NCBI GenBank assembly: GCA_051362555.1
Contig: CM120646.1
Span: 18,042,001-18,106,000, forward strand
DNA: 64,000 nt
Origin: Lingula anatina
Lineage: Eukaryota; Animalia; Brachiopoda
Reading direction: 5' to 3'
Positions within the stretch are counted from its first letter, which is position 1; each line of letters opens with the position of its first letter. The notes below the pieces were generated by a model that ran no database searches, had not been told where the DNA came from, and saw only the letters and a program-made list of their open reading frames with translations. This document shows, piece after piece, positions 26,063 through 40,200 of this stretch. The translations under genes were made by a program, and so were the position numbers.

Positions 26063-27198
26063 TTTCTTAGATGTGAAAAGTTTTGAGTTTTTTTATTACC
26101 CTCTGTGTCTTTAACACGGTGGTTATATTTCCTGCCAAAAGCAAATTTATAATTCTTTTTAATTTTGCCATGAAGGGTTGGAAAATACAATGCCTTTATA
26201 CATGTGTATTCTGGTCATTTTCGCATGATTAAATTGCTAGATAATATGTTTAAAAATAAAAAAAATGCATTTGATATTTTCGTCATATTTTTATAACTGA
26301 CTACTCAGCCGAGTACCTTCCTTTTTATTATGTTAACTTCCCCCCCGACCTGTAAAAGATAAATATAAAGTACGTGTCTGCCTGGTTTAAACCTTGCCTT
26401 GGATGTATATGTATTTTCCTGTCACAATTATTGGAAAATTTACCAAAATCCAACATATGGAATGAACATTTTTAAAAACCCGTACATCATTCTGGAGGTA
26501 ATATAAGATGGACCAAATACCCTAGTCACACTAGAGGCGAAACGAGCTAGATTCTCTCCAATTGAAAATTCTTCGTAATCTAAAATTCTAATATATTTTG
26601 ACTGATGCTGGAATGTCATAAGAATAGCCATGCATCAGCCATAGTGCAGTTGGCAGAATTCGAGATTTCTCCACTTGGAAGGCATATCGAAATTTTTGAG
26701 CATGCATGCATTGGAAAAACATTCTGGTCGAACACAGGAACACATACACTAAGCCTTGGCGCTGTCGTCTTCGTCGTTGTCATTCCCAATGATTTTTTAA
26801 AATATTTTCGTATGTTGAATTTGCATCCAAAGAATTATGCCAAGTTATCGACGCCTTTTGGAACCTCTGAGATAAATATTAATAAGAAAATGGATATTTT
26901 GTAATGTTGTCACTTACGATATCAATTTAAATTTAGTAAGTAAGAAAGTGATTTTAAAAGAATCCTTTTCTAGAAATGTCAGATGTCCCAACAATATCAG
27001 CAAACTACAATTAAGATAATTAATTGTATTTATGTAGGAAATGGTTTGTTTTTAGTGGTGGTAATAGCTTTGTTGGTAATCCATCTACGCTTTGTTTATA
27101 GGAAGTAGTCTGGGTTTAGGTCTTGTGTCTGCACATTTTGATCTTAAGTAGTTGACCAAGGCAAGGTGATAACAGATGTCCAGGGTCAAATTGTCTTA

Positions 27199-27413
27199 GG
27201 CTCTGTTCTCACAACTTTTAGATCGATCTATCACCGCGGGGAGTCTCACTAGATTACTGTCAGATAATCCCCCTTAAGTCTCCGTCCCCGCCTACTACAA
27301 GCTTTAAGGGGTAATTAACTTTCGTGTCCGCCCGGCTGACAGCTATTTAGCGTGAACCCCCAGGGAGTTAGGTCGATCCAATGTAGGTCGATCTAATCTA
27401 TGAGAATGGGGTG
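27199..27413. mobile_element. Palindromic PIF/Harbinger-type MITE, TTA duplication (subtype B, reverse of 52701-52915)
   Basis: TTA|ggctctgttctca ... tgagaatggggtg|TTA; interior is the reverse complement of 52701-52915. Confidence 0.85.
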
Positions 27414-30400
27414 TTAGCTGCTGTGTATCTAGGCACACAGTTAATTTTATATGAGTTTTAGGAAACTACTTCTTGCGAGCTGCATCAGCGAGAAGTCATT
27501 CAGCCTTTTAGCTGCGATGATATGTACACGCAATTTCAGCAGCTTCACAGTATTATAATTTCTTGCGTTTCTTTATTTTAATTTTACATTGGTTACCAGC
27601 CATCAACTTTTGTGATTTCAAGTTTTGGGGACGGCCAGTTTCTTGATACTTGGTGACTGTATTTTCTTCGGATATTATTCTGTTAATCCTGGCCACCAGT
27701 TTTGTTATCAAGTTTCGGCGACGGCTGTTTCCTTTTATTTGGGAGACGGCCTTTTTATTTTTATTTGTGCCAACTTTTTGCTCCTTAAGCTGTTGTTATT
27801 ACTTATAATTTTCTTCATTAATTTGGTTACACTTATTACACACTTTATTAATTTTATATTATGGCACTTATATAGTTGGGGAGATGTTATATTATCTCCC
27901 CAGTTTTGTAACTACGTATTTTATTAGCTTCGTCATTAATAAATGACAATTATCAATCATATGGACTTTTCTTATTTACTTTGGAGCAAAAACAGAGCTT
28001 CGTTGTGCTTGTTAACATTTGGCTACATAAACAGCCTTAACGCTGTCTATTTCCCCAAGAAGTTCTCTGGGGATGTAGTCGTCTCGTAAGAACACACATC
28101 AGTCTTGGGTCCATCATGTAACGGTGCGTGTATAAGGACAATGGCCACATGCATATGCCCACTACTATAGTCACAAACACTGACAAGACGATTGCTTGGA
28201 TTTATAAGGGACTTGTTGAGTGTGCTGTGTTGGAGTTGAACGCTGTTGGTTTACCTTGAGCGGGGTTGACGAGCTCTGTCGGCAGCTGAAAAACAAAACA
28301 AATACTATGAAGTTTTACTGTGTCACTCGATCACGGCCAGTTATATTCCAGTCCCATACATTCCGTAATAAACTACTACATGTAGCAAATATCATCAAAA
28401 GATCAAACAGAAGAAAACAATGAACAGCTTTAACTACCCACATTTTGCATTCACTACATTTGTACGGCACTATATACATTTATGTAGCACAAATATGTAT
28501 GGGCAACACGAAATGTTTTAACATGTAAAGAAACATGTCTGATATAAATACTGTAGGTCTTATGTTATCAAACATAGTAGATATTAAAACGTAAAAATAC
28601 CCGTCTGTATGGGTTTGGTGGAGAGAAAATGAGTTTCACATTTTCCCTTCGGAAAGTGAACCCAGTCAATGCAGTACGATGCAGGTAAGGAAGATGAAAA
28701 AGACAAGGATAAATATGGCACACCCAAACATTTTCCCTACGTACTATCATACTCTCTCCTGACCTGCCCATAACCCTTATCCCTTCATGAAAACATGACC
28801 CACTTTTATAAACCGCCTTTTGTGTTTTTGTTTGAACAAGAGATAGGCCCTATTGCTATACCCCAGCACTCAGCATAACGTTAGACCAGTTTAAGTCTAT
28901 TGTGTCGATCAGCTGTTTTTCATTGATCAAACGGCAATAGCACCTGGCCGTTATGTCGAGATGAGTAAGGCAGTATTTATGCAGATTGTAAAGTGCAGCT
29001 TAACGTGCATACGGATATCGGTTGATTAAAAAATTAAACTTTTGAAAAAAAAGCACTTAATTGGCATTTACTAAATGTTCTTACAAATAAACACATATCA
29101 ACTGTTGTTCACTCACTTTTTAACAATATAGTACACTAAGTACATTGATATCGGCCCAACGGTATCCCTACCAGTATGTCTTAACAGATGTTATGACCTT
29201 GCGTCTATAAGCACGTTTACAGACAAATCTAATGTCAATTCAATACATAAACACTTGACGTATAGATATAATATAGCTTTTTTCAATGTTAGCATTATCC
29301 CTAAGAAAGCAAAAGACGTGCAAAACACTTGGTAAGTGCACTGAAAGAGAACGAAAATGCCCGTCGAAAAACGGAAAACATAATTAAAATTTGATCATTT
29401 AAATTCTAAATTGGTATTTCCTTTCAAAAAAAAAACAACAATTTCCTCCATATAGGGACAGCCACTGTCCCCCTGCTTAAAAAAGTTAAACCCATGTGTG
29501 AACCATGAAAGCGAAGCTACCTTTTTTTCAACATGATACACACATTTTGTATGACCTTGGACTCTGGGTCTCTTTTCTCATACATTTGTAGATATATAGT
29601 TTCTCAAAGAAATTATGTAAATGGGATATTGCACTTTGCAACATAATGTATTTTGGGCTGTTACATGGTGTATGAGGTGCTGGATTGTCTGACATCACAT
29701 TGAAGTCACAGAGAAGGCTTGCAACGTTGGCGTAAAAGAAAAATGGCAATAACAAGCAGTGGGCTTCTATGAAATCTTTTATCACCAACAATATTTCAAG
29801 CGATTTATTCTTGGAGCAAAATATTGCTATCTGCACATTCATGTATTATATACCCATTTGAAATTGCCATTTGGTTTGTAGAAAGCATAGCACAGTTTAT
29901 GTTTTGGTGTATTATGTGTCAACAAAATCTGTAAAGGAAAGTTAAATACTTTTAACATGTCACTGAACAATCTTATGTGATTGTGTTATCAATTATTGTA
30001 TTGACATGATAATTATTTAAATTTTTTAATGCTTTGGTTGGCCTAGACAGCCTTTTCTTCGTTAATGCACTTCAGAATATGCCTCTATATGGAGGAAAAT
30101 GTTGTTCTTCAATGTCTGTTTTTTTTTTTTTTTTTTTTTTTTTTTGTTTTTTTTTTTTTTTTTTTTTTGTAGTTTTCTTGATGTTCTGAACAAATTTGAT
30201 AGCGGTGTGATCATGAAACAAATACTAGTTATATGTTTTATAAATTATTTTTAATCCTGTTCTTACTCAAGGTATTATACACTTGTAGGTAAAGTAACTC
30301 CCTTATGTGTACAATGTAAGCATCGGTGGTCAGATGTAAATTGCATCCAGCCAGTAGCTGTTGCATTGTATTTGTGTTGGACTATCAAATTAAAAGAACA

Positions 30401-30991
30401 TCATATCGTTATAATTGTTTTGAAATTGTCATTCAATTGGCAAACCATGTATTATTCAAAGTTACTCCAATGTTAAAATTTCACGAGATTTGATTCTATC
30501 ATCCCTTGTGTCCTATTGGTTGTCATACATTTAATCCCTTCAAGTATTGTTAGATAAAAAATTCTTTGTACTTTGTTTTGGTTGAGATGAATATTTCTTG
30601 GCAATTTACATGTGTTGTTATTAATAATACCATATAAATAACGTTTATGACAAAAATAAAACTAAGTGCGTTTTGTCGTATTTATTTGCAGGCTTTAGTA
30701 AAACAAATTACATACACTTATGTTTTATCCGTTTTTCAAAGTTTCACTTATCGAAACGAGTTATAAGTATACCTATAAGCTAAAAGTAGACCTAATGATC
30801 ATAAATAATCTGCATATAAATCTTTGAATGAACTTTCCCACAACTTTTACCTATATGAACATAAGATCAAGAGAAAATCATGCAACGTTTTACGGTATGT
30901 CCCCAAAACGTAAAAAAAAAACAAACAAACTTTCATCTCTGCTACCAACTGGTGTACACATTAACAACACGTGTCCTGGACTCAATAATCA

Positions 30992-31041
<50 letters not shown>

Positions 31042-32769
31042 CATACTGGTGCCCCTGTATGTATATATCTAAGTACATGTACTTTTGATATTCTGACTTA
31101 GGCCATTTGGATACATCAATCACCCAATTAATTTATACCTATAAATTTAGACCGAGATTAAATAACACTTGCTATTTACAGAGTTAGAATTTGATAAAAA
31201 AAAAAAAAAAATTGTGGTTCAGAGTGATAAATAGTGATCAAAGCTGTTACAATGATGCTGACACATTTTCATTCATGTAGCCAAATGATAACATGCAAAA
31301 CGAAACTCTGTTTTTGATCAAAGTAAAATAAAATAAAGTCCATATGACTGAAAATTGTCATTTATCAATGACGAAAAATAATAAGATGCGACAGAAGCTT
31401 TTGATGACAGCAAGACAAGGCAAAGGCAGAAAGATGACACAAAAGACAGAGGCAGTAAAAATATTCCTTAATCTTTGTGGCCAAGTGGACTATATTTTTC
31501 ATGAACCTGCTAAAGAATCAGGATTTGAACTTCAGGAGACTAAAATCCAGTGCATGATAAAAGCTACTTAATTGGACTTTGTATGAAGTAACACTCAGAA
31601 CTGAAAATATAACCCTCAAAGCAAAAATTAGTTACTCTTTTTCATAGAAAATTTGAGAAAATGCTTATTGGGTTCTGAATTTTACTGGTTTTCCTTACCT
31701 TGTTCTTGAAATTATTATTGAAGAGTATCTGCGAAGCATTTTTTTTATTTATTCTAAATTCCAAATGTTTATCACAACTCTGTAGAAACCAAGAATAGTT
31801 CTGCCATGCCAGTTCCTTCCATGTGAATTTAGTGTCTTTCTAATCTCTTTCAAGATTTTTTGCCACCGGTAACAATGTAATGTATGGACACTCCTAACTT
31901 TTGTTACGTGGTCTGCCAGGGAAAGTTAGAGATAATCCATGCCTAATGTCAAATGTGCAGTGATCAGAGGTCGTTTTGAAATTGTTATCTTGATAGCTTG
32001 CATACAATAGAAGAGATGGACATTTTATTTGTTTAGAATTGCGAGCAGAAGCACAAGAAATATTGAAGAAATCATTATTTTTTTCATATTTTGAAAGGAT
32101 AAATGGAGAAGTTTGTAAGAAGTATAAAAATTTTATATGGTGCACTTCCTACAGATAGTCTGATATGCAGAAATAGATGGCTGTGCTTCGTCAACATGAA
32201 AGCTCTTGTAAATTGTGCATTTGTAAACTTGACCACCAGTTGTGAACTTCTACTAATTTAAAAGCTGCTTAGCAACAGCATTTACAGCATTTTATTTACA
32301 CACCCATATATGATTATTGCACACAGCACATATAAATCACGAGGCTTCAGTCTTACATTTTAATAAATAGAGATATGATAATATACACAGGTTTCTTAAA
32401 TTATGGACTCATGCAATAGATGTACCCGGTACTGTAGGCCTACATGTTGCATTGCATCATTAAAATATGTAAATATTTTCCCATTAGTGTTATCAACCGA
32501 GAGGCAAGGGCCCTGATAATCTGTCATTGAAATGTGCAATATAGATGTTTACTTTTATTCATACAAAACGTCCACTCTGTTCCTACAGGTATATGTTTAA
32601 GCAAATGAATACAGAAATGAAGATCCATTTATTAATTCCACTATTGTTATTTTACAAAGGATATTGTTCATACAAAAGTAACAAGTGTGAAGAATGCCTT
32701 GCTTCTATGAATGGCTGAACTAATGAAAAAATAGGGGCCTACATGTAGGCCTACCAATAATGAAACAAT

Positions 32770-33280
32770 TTTGCTTTTAGGCCTATGAATGGTTGAATTC
32801 ATGGTTAGGCCCTAAATATTAAACCCTCTCAATCAACAATCATGCTACTTCCTAATAGACAAAATATGAAGTACAAGAATGTTGAAATAATTTTTGACAT
32901 CTTCACAATGTTGGGATAAGTCCTATCTGATTTCAATATTTCATGTCATATGACACTCCCGAATAGGCCCTACATATATAGGCCTACTTCCTCGAGTCCA
33001 TAGGGGTCGGTCCCGATGAATAGCTCAGGTTTCTCCTTAAATCTATCCTTTATGAAAAAAAATGTTGCTTCTATGAAAGGTTGAACTTATGATTACATAT
33101 TTAACTGTCTCAAATTATAATTATGTTATTTCCTAATGAACAAAAAATGAAGTAGGCCTACAAGATATCTAAAATAACGTCTGACAGCTCCAAGATGTTG
33201 GGTTAAGTCACATTTGGAAGCAATTTCACGTCTTTGAGTTCATATGGGTCGATCCCGTTGATCAGCTGAAGCTTTCACTT
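32770..33280. repeat. Old local tandem duplication, two units of roughly 250-290 bp
   Basis: ctatgaatggttgaa..ttcctaat..atgaagta(ggccta)caaga..atgttgggataagtc..gggtcggtcccg occurs twice (about 32770-33045 and 33065-33280). Confidence 0.7.
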
Positions 33281-35409
33281 GTATATATACCTATCTTTGG
33301 TGTGCACAATCGCGATATGATGTTTACTTTGTATTTGGTTCACCTATATTACCGCTAGGGCCTACTATTCCCCAACATGGCCGCGAGCCTAGTGATACGG
33401 AGCAAATAGGCCAGAAAGATTTGCCTCGAATAATATTTAACTGATATTTATGATTGCATTGTAAGATTAAGTGTTTTATTTTGAAAACCATAAATATAGC
33501 AAGGAGAATGCCTGCAATTCCATGTAACCATGCATTGCCTTTTTACACTGCGTCGGCTTCGACAGGCGTGTTGTCATCATCGTCAAATTGTCAACAATTT
33601 GTTGAATTTTGACGATATGCCTAGAAGTCGCATACCTTTTAAGGTAAGACAGATGAACCAAGGTTGTGATGAATAACTTGTTTGATGCAATATTGTTTAA
33701 AGTGTCCCCTAAGACAGCCTTTTTAGGAAAGGCGGGGGGGTATTCTGAAGAAGTAGGTTACATGAGTAATCGTTTTTATCCAGATAGACAGTCCGACTTG
33801 GAAGCGGGCATACATGTACAAGAACAAACAATATTGATAGGTCAAATTTTGAATAAGAACAGACCTTTTCCAGCCAAGTGGGAGGTTCGTTCGAACCTCC
33901 CAAACCAGCCTTGCCTACCAAGGCTTACCTATCATTCCTGAGGGAAACTATGGCGCTTTAAAGGTGGTGAGTCATAGTTGGTAAAACTAGTAATCAGATA
34001 AGAAATTCACACTGTTTTTTTATAGATTAAATGTGTCCGTTAGGTCTCTTTGGTACATAACAATATGCACTGACTGGGAAAATAGTGAATTATGCGTCTT
34101 TACATATACATTTTGTACTTTAGGAAAAAAAATGATCGACCTTCCTCGGCTTATTTTGCCGGCATGTTCGCCATTTTTGTTTTCACCTTGACCTTTTACC
34201 TTCACTTGCGCTTGCGCCTGCGCCTGCGCATAATATACAGCCAGATGTATCGGAATTGTTTATCAAAAAACATTTCAGGATGTGGCATATTGTTAGTAGG
34301 CCTATAACCTAATATATTGTCATGATTTTAAAAGTGAAGACAAAAGATGCTTAATGTGTCCGATTTACAATGCATTGTTTTCCTCTGTGCAGCCTGTGAG
34401 GTCCTATTAAAACGTCACCTTTGATTGATTGCCATAGACATTAACATAATCATAACAAATAACATATCGACATAAATGTGCCTTTAGTTTCCCTGTTTTG
34501 GCCCCACTTGATTATTGTCTTTGGTTTGTTTATACTATAGTCCCCGATCCTCACGTAAAAAAAAAAAACAAAAGACGTTTTATTGTCAAGGGTTTCATGC
34601 AGGAATAATGGCATGCACAGTAGGCTACTGTTGTAGGCCTACCTCTCACAAAAGAAACAAGCAGAGACTGCCTTGTAATATTTATGATGGAAAGCGAAAA
34701 TACGTGTACAGCTTAGACATGACACTAATAGGTCAATAGAGATAGTAGAAAGCATTGATTAAGATGGGGAAAAGCTTACTGGAAGCTCACGTACACAGTA
34801 TAAAAATACCTGTCATCTTGTAGCTAAACACTCCGCAATGGAAAGAAAAGATGGGAGTAAAAAAAGGGAGGCAAATAAACCCTACGAGCATACATGTTAG
34901 TACTGAGAAAACAATGAACGTTGTACTTTGTAAGAATGTACTATCTGAATGGAGCCAGTTGTAGGCCTACATGTGACGATCTTCCTGTACAAAGTTGTTG
35001 TGAAAGAAAAAAATGCGCACATCTGGAATAAGCAGTTAAACCTGTTTATATGTAGAGTAAAGAATTTTCTTTGCGGTGGAGGGTAGTAGAAGCTATTCCG
35101 AACAAAGGGCATAGGCGTTTACTTCTAAATCGTGAATTCAAATCAGACTTGTAGGCCTATCTAAGGAAACCATTTAGACAATGAATATCTAATGGTATAT
35201 AATTAATATACGTATATAATTATCAGTACCTACCGTCCTGCTTTCACGAAAGAAACAACACAAAAAGCCAGTCGCCATTTTCCATTGTCGTCATCTGTTA
35301 CCTTGCGACCTGCATTGCGTGAATCCATGCACAAATATAGTAGCCCAAGGAATCTATATTTTGATTGGATATTTTTTCATAGAGATAATAAGGATGAGAT
35401 GAAGTTTGA

Positions 35410-35445
<36 letters not shown>

Positions 35446-36309
35446 AATTTGATAATGAACACATAGGCCTATCTTCCTGACAGTTATTGAAACGCAACGT
35501 AATAATATTCCTATGATACATGACAGCTTTCTTAGATTTTCTTTTAATAAACATTTGTTATCCACCAGATATCCCTTTATATATACATATTTATCACAGA
35601 GCAAACAAGGATGATGACTGGAAACAAGCTTAGGTTAACTTCATTTCATATATCTCCCTGGCCTGGCAGTAACTGGAACCCTTGTGCTATTACATTTCTG
35701 CAAATTTTGTCAATATTCCCAAGAATCACATTGGTTATCCACAAAATATATATAGTACATACAATAAGGATGAAAAAAAAATAAGAAACTGGATTTAACT
35801 TTATTTTATTGAACCTATATGCTGTTCTGGCAGTACCCAGCCAGCACACACATCTGGGGCCCAGATAGGTAGGCGATGGGTGGCATATGGGCTAGCACAG
35901 ATCCAGGTAAACCAGATATTCTTTGGCGTTAACCTGTTAATTTTACAAAATATCGATTTAGCTAATAAATAGGCCAAGCATAAGATTATATCGTATGTTT
36001 CGTATTTATTTTTATTGAAGATTTCAATAATATCGGAGATGTTTTTCATGAAGGGTATGCTATAAGCTTTATTTAAAAATAACAAATTGATCCGTAATTG
36101 TTTACTAACATTGCCTTGCTTTCGAAAAATTAAAACTGTCCGTCAAACACATATACAGAAGTTTTTATTCGCGAATATCACATACGAAATCCCTCCCTTC
36201 GATTTAAATGCATTTTGCATAATTATTTTACTTTGCCACATCGACAACTTAAAGTGAGAGGGGAGGGTTGAAAAATCTTCTTGGGGCCACACATAACACT
36301 AAATACAAA

Positions 36310-36319
36310 GGGAATCCCC
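36310..36319. promoter_or_regulatory. kB-like site GGGAATCCCC upstream of the first identified exon of TNFR-like paralogue 2
   Basis: Matches GGGRNNYYCC; a single short motif. Confidence 0.3.
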
Positions 36320-37209
36320 TTATAATTAAGGCAAAATAAATGTTATTCTTACCCAAGTCCGATGGATTTAGTTTTTAAAAATACGTACAATCAAAAGAAC
36401 ATTTTCAATATATTTTCTCAAAATGACACCAGAAATCAAACAAAATCTTTTTTGAGTGGCCACATATAATAGGAGTATTGAAAAAGGGAAAACAATGTTA
36501 ACTTGTTTATGGGCTGTATATTTCCTTGTTTGTAGTTGATACCTCTGCTTTCCATATATTCCTATGGCATTGAGGGCCATCTCGATTTTTTTTAGACTTT
36601 TAGTATATCATTTTGGGGAACTCATAAGAAAGCATTATGGTAATATAAAAACTGTTGCAATTATATTGCCCCAAAAATGGTTTAGATAGCTTGGGCTATA
36701 TATGTATTTGATTAAGTTTAATCGCAGGCGATTAAGGTAATCAAAAGTTGTTTCATAATTGTGTAAAGTTGTAGAACATAGGAGTGGGTGGGAATTAGTG
36801 TTGCGTATGCTGACTGAAGGCATTAATTCTCCTCGAAAAGGATATTGAACCCGTTTAGATAACCTGTTTGCTTAATGCGATCTTCAGCTGTGCATAAGTT
36901 TTATATACTATTTGCAAACGTTTCTCCAGCTTAATAACCATGTGTGGTCAACAAGATCCTTCTTGTGGGGTTTTATTTAATCAAACATTTGTTGAAATTA
37001 AAAAAACATGATGGTGGGTGTTGAAATGGTATTACTCACACCCCAGTTTACGCGATTGCTTGCCTAGAGGTTATGCATTAGAAAAGTTAAATCTATGGGT
37101 TCCCTTGAAGCAATGTAGGCCTATATGAATGGGGTAGGGGTGGTATTTTTTTTTTTTTTTTTTTTTTTTTTGTTAGGAGTGTGTAATTCATGACTGAAAT
37201 TGTTTCAAG

Positions 37210-40200
37210 GTTGTCGTTTTGCTGGCAACGGAAACCGTGATTCATGGCAAAGAACTACCAGTATGCAAACCTTACCACGCCATCAATCCGAATACAGGCA
37301 GGTGAGCTCAAAGTGTTAGTAAAATACATACATATACACACGAAGATATCATTAGGTTTTCACATTCAAAATCTGAAATCAAAACCAGGTGAGCTCCTAT
37401 GTATTCTTAAATCTGTTAGAAAAATAAACACATACAGGTATACACACAAAATATCATTTAGCATTCACATTCAAAAGCTAAAAACTGATACTGAATTGCA
37501 CTTATGGAATTGCAAAGAATGAATTGTATGAAGCGAAAACATGCATGTTTACTAAACGGCGATTGCACAAAATTTAATGTATTACATTTTGAACAATAAT
37601 AAGAAGGACAAATTGGGTCTAACTGTCATTTAATGAAGTAAATTTAACGCTCGTACACGATTATACATTGTGCTGTGTCCATTAATAACACATGTATGTA
37701 TTGTATGTAAAGGTAAATTATCCTTTTTCATTACACACGAAAAGAGTGGATTAGGTATTCCCTACTTTTATAAATTGCTGTTTACATCTCTGCTTTCAGG
37801 GGTTATTTTCAAAAATAATTTCGAGAATGATATTTTAATATTATTTATTTATTTGTGGTAAGGTGTGAATCATGCATTAACTGCTGTGAGGTTATCCAAA
37901 ATGGACATCAGACTACATGGACTGCAGAAGAACAATGCAAGGACCTCTATCAAGGGCGGTTTCCTTCTGGATGTTTCAGCAGTGGGCTTGAAACTGCTTG
38001 CCCATACCCAACTTACCAATTTCCGTCAACCGGTAATTTTTCATTGCTTCACATATTATAAAACATTCTGTCGAACAAATATTTATTTAGACTGTTAACT
38101 ACTGTATATTATGCACAAAAAAGTCCTGATATTATTTGGCAACTCTTTGTTCAGGGTTTTCGTTTGAAAATAACATATGAAATTAAATTTAAAAACGTAC
38201 GTTGAAATGGGCGTGATCGGTATACACGTAAGGCAGTGATTATAATAGCCAATATTAATATTCAATTTGAATTTCAACTGCGTATCAGTAAAAACTTATA
38301 TTCTTTTATATTTTAGAAAATCCGTCTAACTTGGTAGAAGATCTCAAGTTATCACTTGCAATTGTCGCAGTGATCGTGTTTGGTGTCTTGGCTGCAATCA
38401 TCATATTGCTAAGTACGACCGATATTTACGGTTTCTTTACTAATGCTATCGTATCGAAATGTACTACTCAAAGGAAGTAGGGAAGACCTACCATTTAAAA
38501 TGCAATGTTTGGCTTTGCGCACTACAATGTAATTTTAGCAATTCTTAGACAAACTCGTGATTTTGTATTGAATGACAGACGTATCGTAGTTTACCATTTT
38601 TCAGTGAAGACAATTTTGCATAAGTGAAAAGTAATAATTATTATTATTAATTTCGTGGTGAAATTAGTAAACCATGGGTAAAATTGTTTGGCTTCCCAAC
38701 TACCCCGAGGTTCTGCCCAAATGAAATTTGAGGATCTGATGAACAGATAGCATCCTGCAATCAGCAATTTCTCATGTGAATAGTCATCGTGAGAGGGCAC
38801 TGCAAGAGTTTTGACTGCCACATTCTTCAGTCTTGCTTTCAAAAAAAGCCGTAGTGTGTCTCTTGGGGAAAGAGGGAAAGACGTGGGCTTATTAAATGGG
38901 GGTGTGGCATAGAAGACACCGACTGAAGAGAAGATTGAGGTCCTTCAATAAATCATAGGCCAGGTCGATCTTGTTCCACAACCCCAGCTCATGGCCGGTT
39001 TCTTTAAATTAAAGTTAATCGTTGTCTCACTTGATTCTGCCACAGCAATGAAATTCTGATACCACTGGCTATGATTTTCTTCCAAATGATATGATTTTAA
39101 GAACTTTTAAAAGCATAGTGCTGATTGCTTGTAATAGGCGAAGACACTGCGCTTTTCTATAAAGCAATGAATATCAAGTGTAATTTTTATGTTCATATTT
39201 CTTGGACAATAGAGGGTGTTTTTTAATTTTCTAGGTGTTCTCTAACTTCTTTTGAGTAGTATACAGTATACCATTATTTAAGCGTACCATCAGTACACCT
39301 TTTGATTATAAACACTGTGCTATCTTAACATTATCAAACTTACAAGATGTATAATATGTTTTAAAATCTTGGTGAACAACCTCTTGCGCTCCTTGCAGAA
39401 TTTCAGTAAACTTTACGGATTAAAAAAGACTGAAAACGACAATTTAAGTCTTGTAGCACAATGTTATGTTACAGGGATCATTAAAAGGTGCAAGAAAAAA
39501 TGCCTTGCAAGTGCCTCAAACTCTCCTGAAAACGAGGCTAATGAGGAGCTGTTGCAAGTCGTGTCGGATGAAAACCCTGTTACATGTAAGTTGGAATATT
39601 CTTACAGTCGGTTATTCGGGCATTTTGCCTTAGCAACCAGCAAGTCCACCGGAAATGGAGGAAAACAAATCGAAAAACATGGCGGATTGCGTAGACTTCT
39701 AGAGCCGTTAAACGATGTCCGATGTTATTATACTTCACAGTACTTGACCACTTGTCATGGAGGATGAGCTATTTGCCTGGTTGATTCCCTTTGACGGCCT
39801 TTGCAATTAGCGGCTGCACACCTGAGATAAAACCTTAATTGCAAATCGTTATCTAGCTGTGATCGGGAATCTTACAGTAGTAGATTGCAAAGACGGTGCA
39901 TGACCACTTGTGTCAGAGGGGTTGAGCCATTTACCTGCATGTTTTCCTTAACAACCCGTTAATTAGCCACTTTGTAATGTTACTGGTCACGGGATAAAAA
40001 TTGGCCTTACTTGTGTGCGCAAATGTCCATCCAAAGTACATGAATTTGTAGTTTTAAAATAAAAACGGCTTTTTTGGGTGTGGAACGAGGTTCTGGGATT
40101 TGACCAGTTAAGGTCCCTTTATTTTTGTCAACGTTTTTTCTTGATTTTACTTGTTTAATAAGAAATTTGGATAGATAAACCATTTTTTACAATTTAGTGA

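Noticed and set aside
26440-26904. Overlapping ORFs that might be a TIR/SEFIR or transposase relic
   Set aside because: No convincing motif found in any frame.
29436-30104. Short inverted pair (caacaatttcctccatatag / ctatatggaggaaaatgttg) around a 104-aa ORF
   Set aside because: No target duplication or recognisable protein; too weak to call an element.
33376-33972. Candidate first exons for TNFR-like paralogue 2 (YY1-like aacatggccgc; donors near 33460 and 33967)
   Set aside because: No ATG-initiated frame splicing in phase 0 to 37210 could be established.
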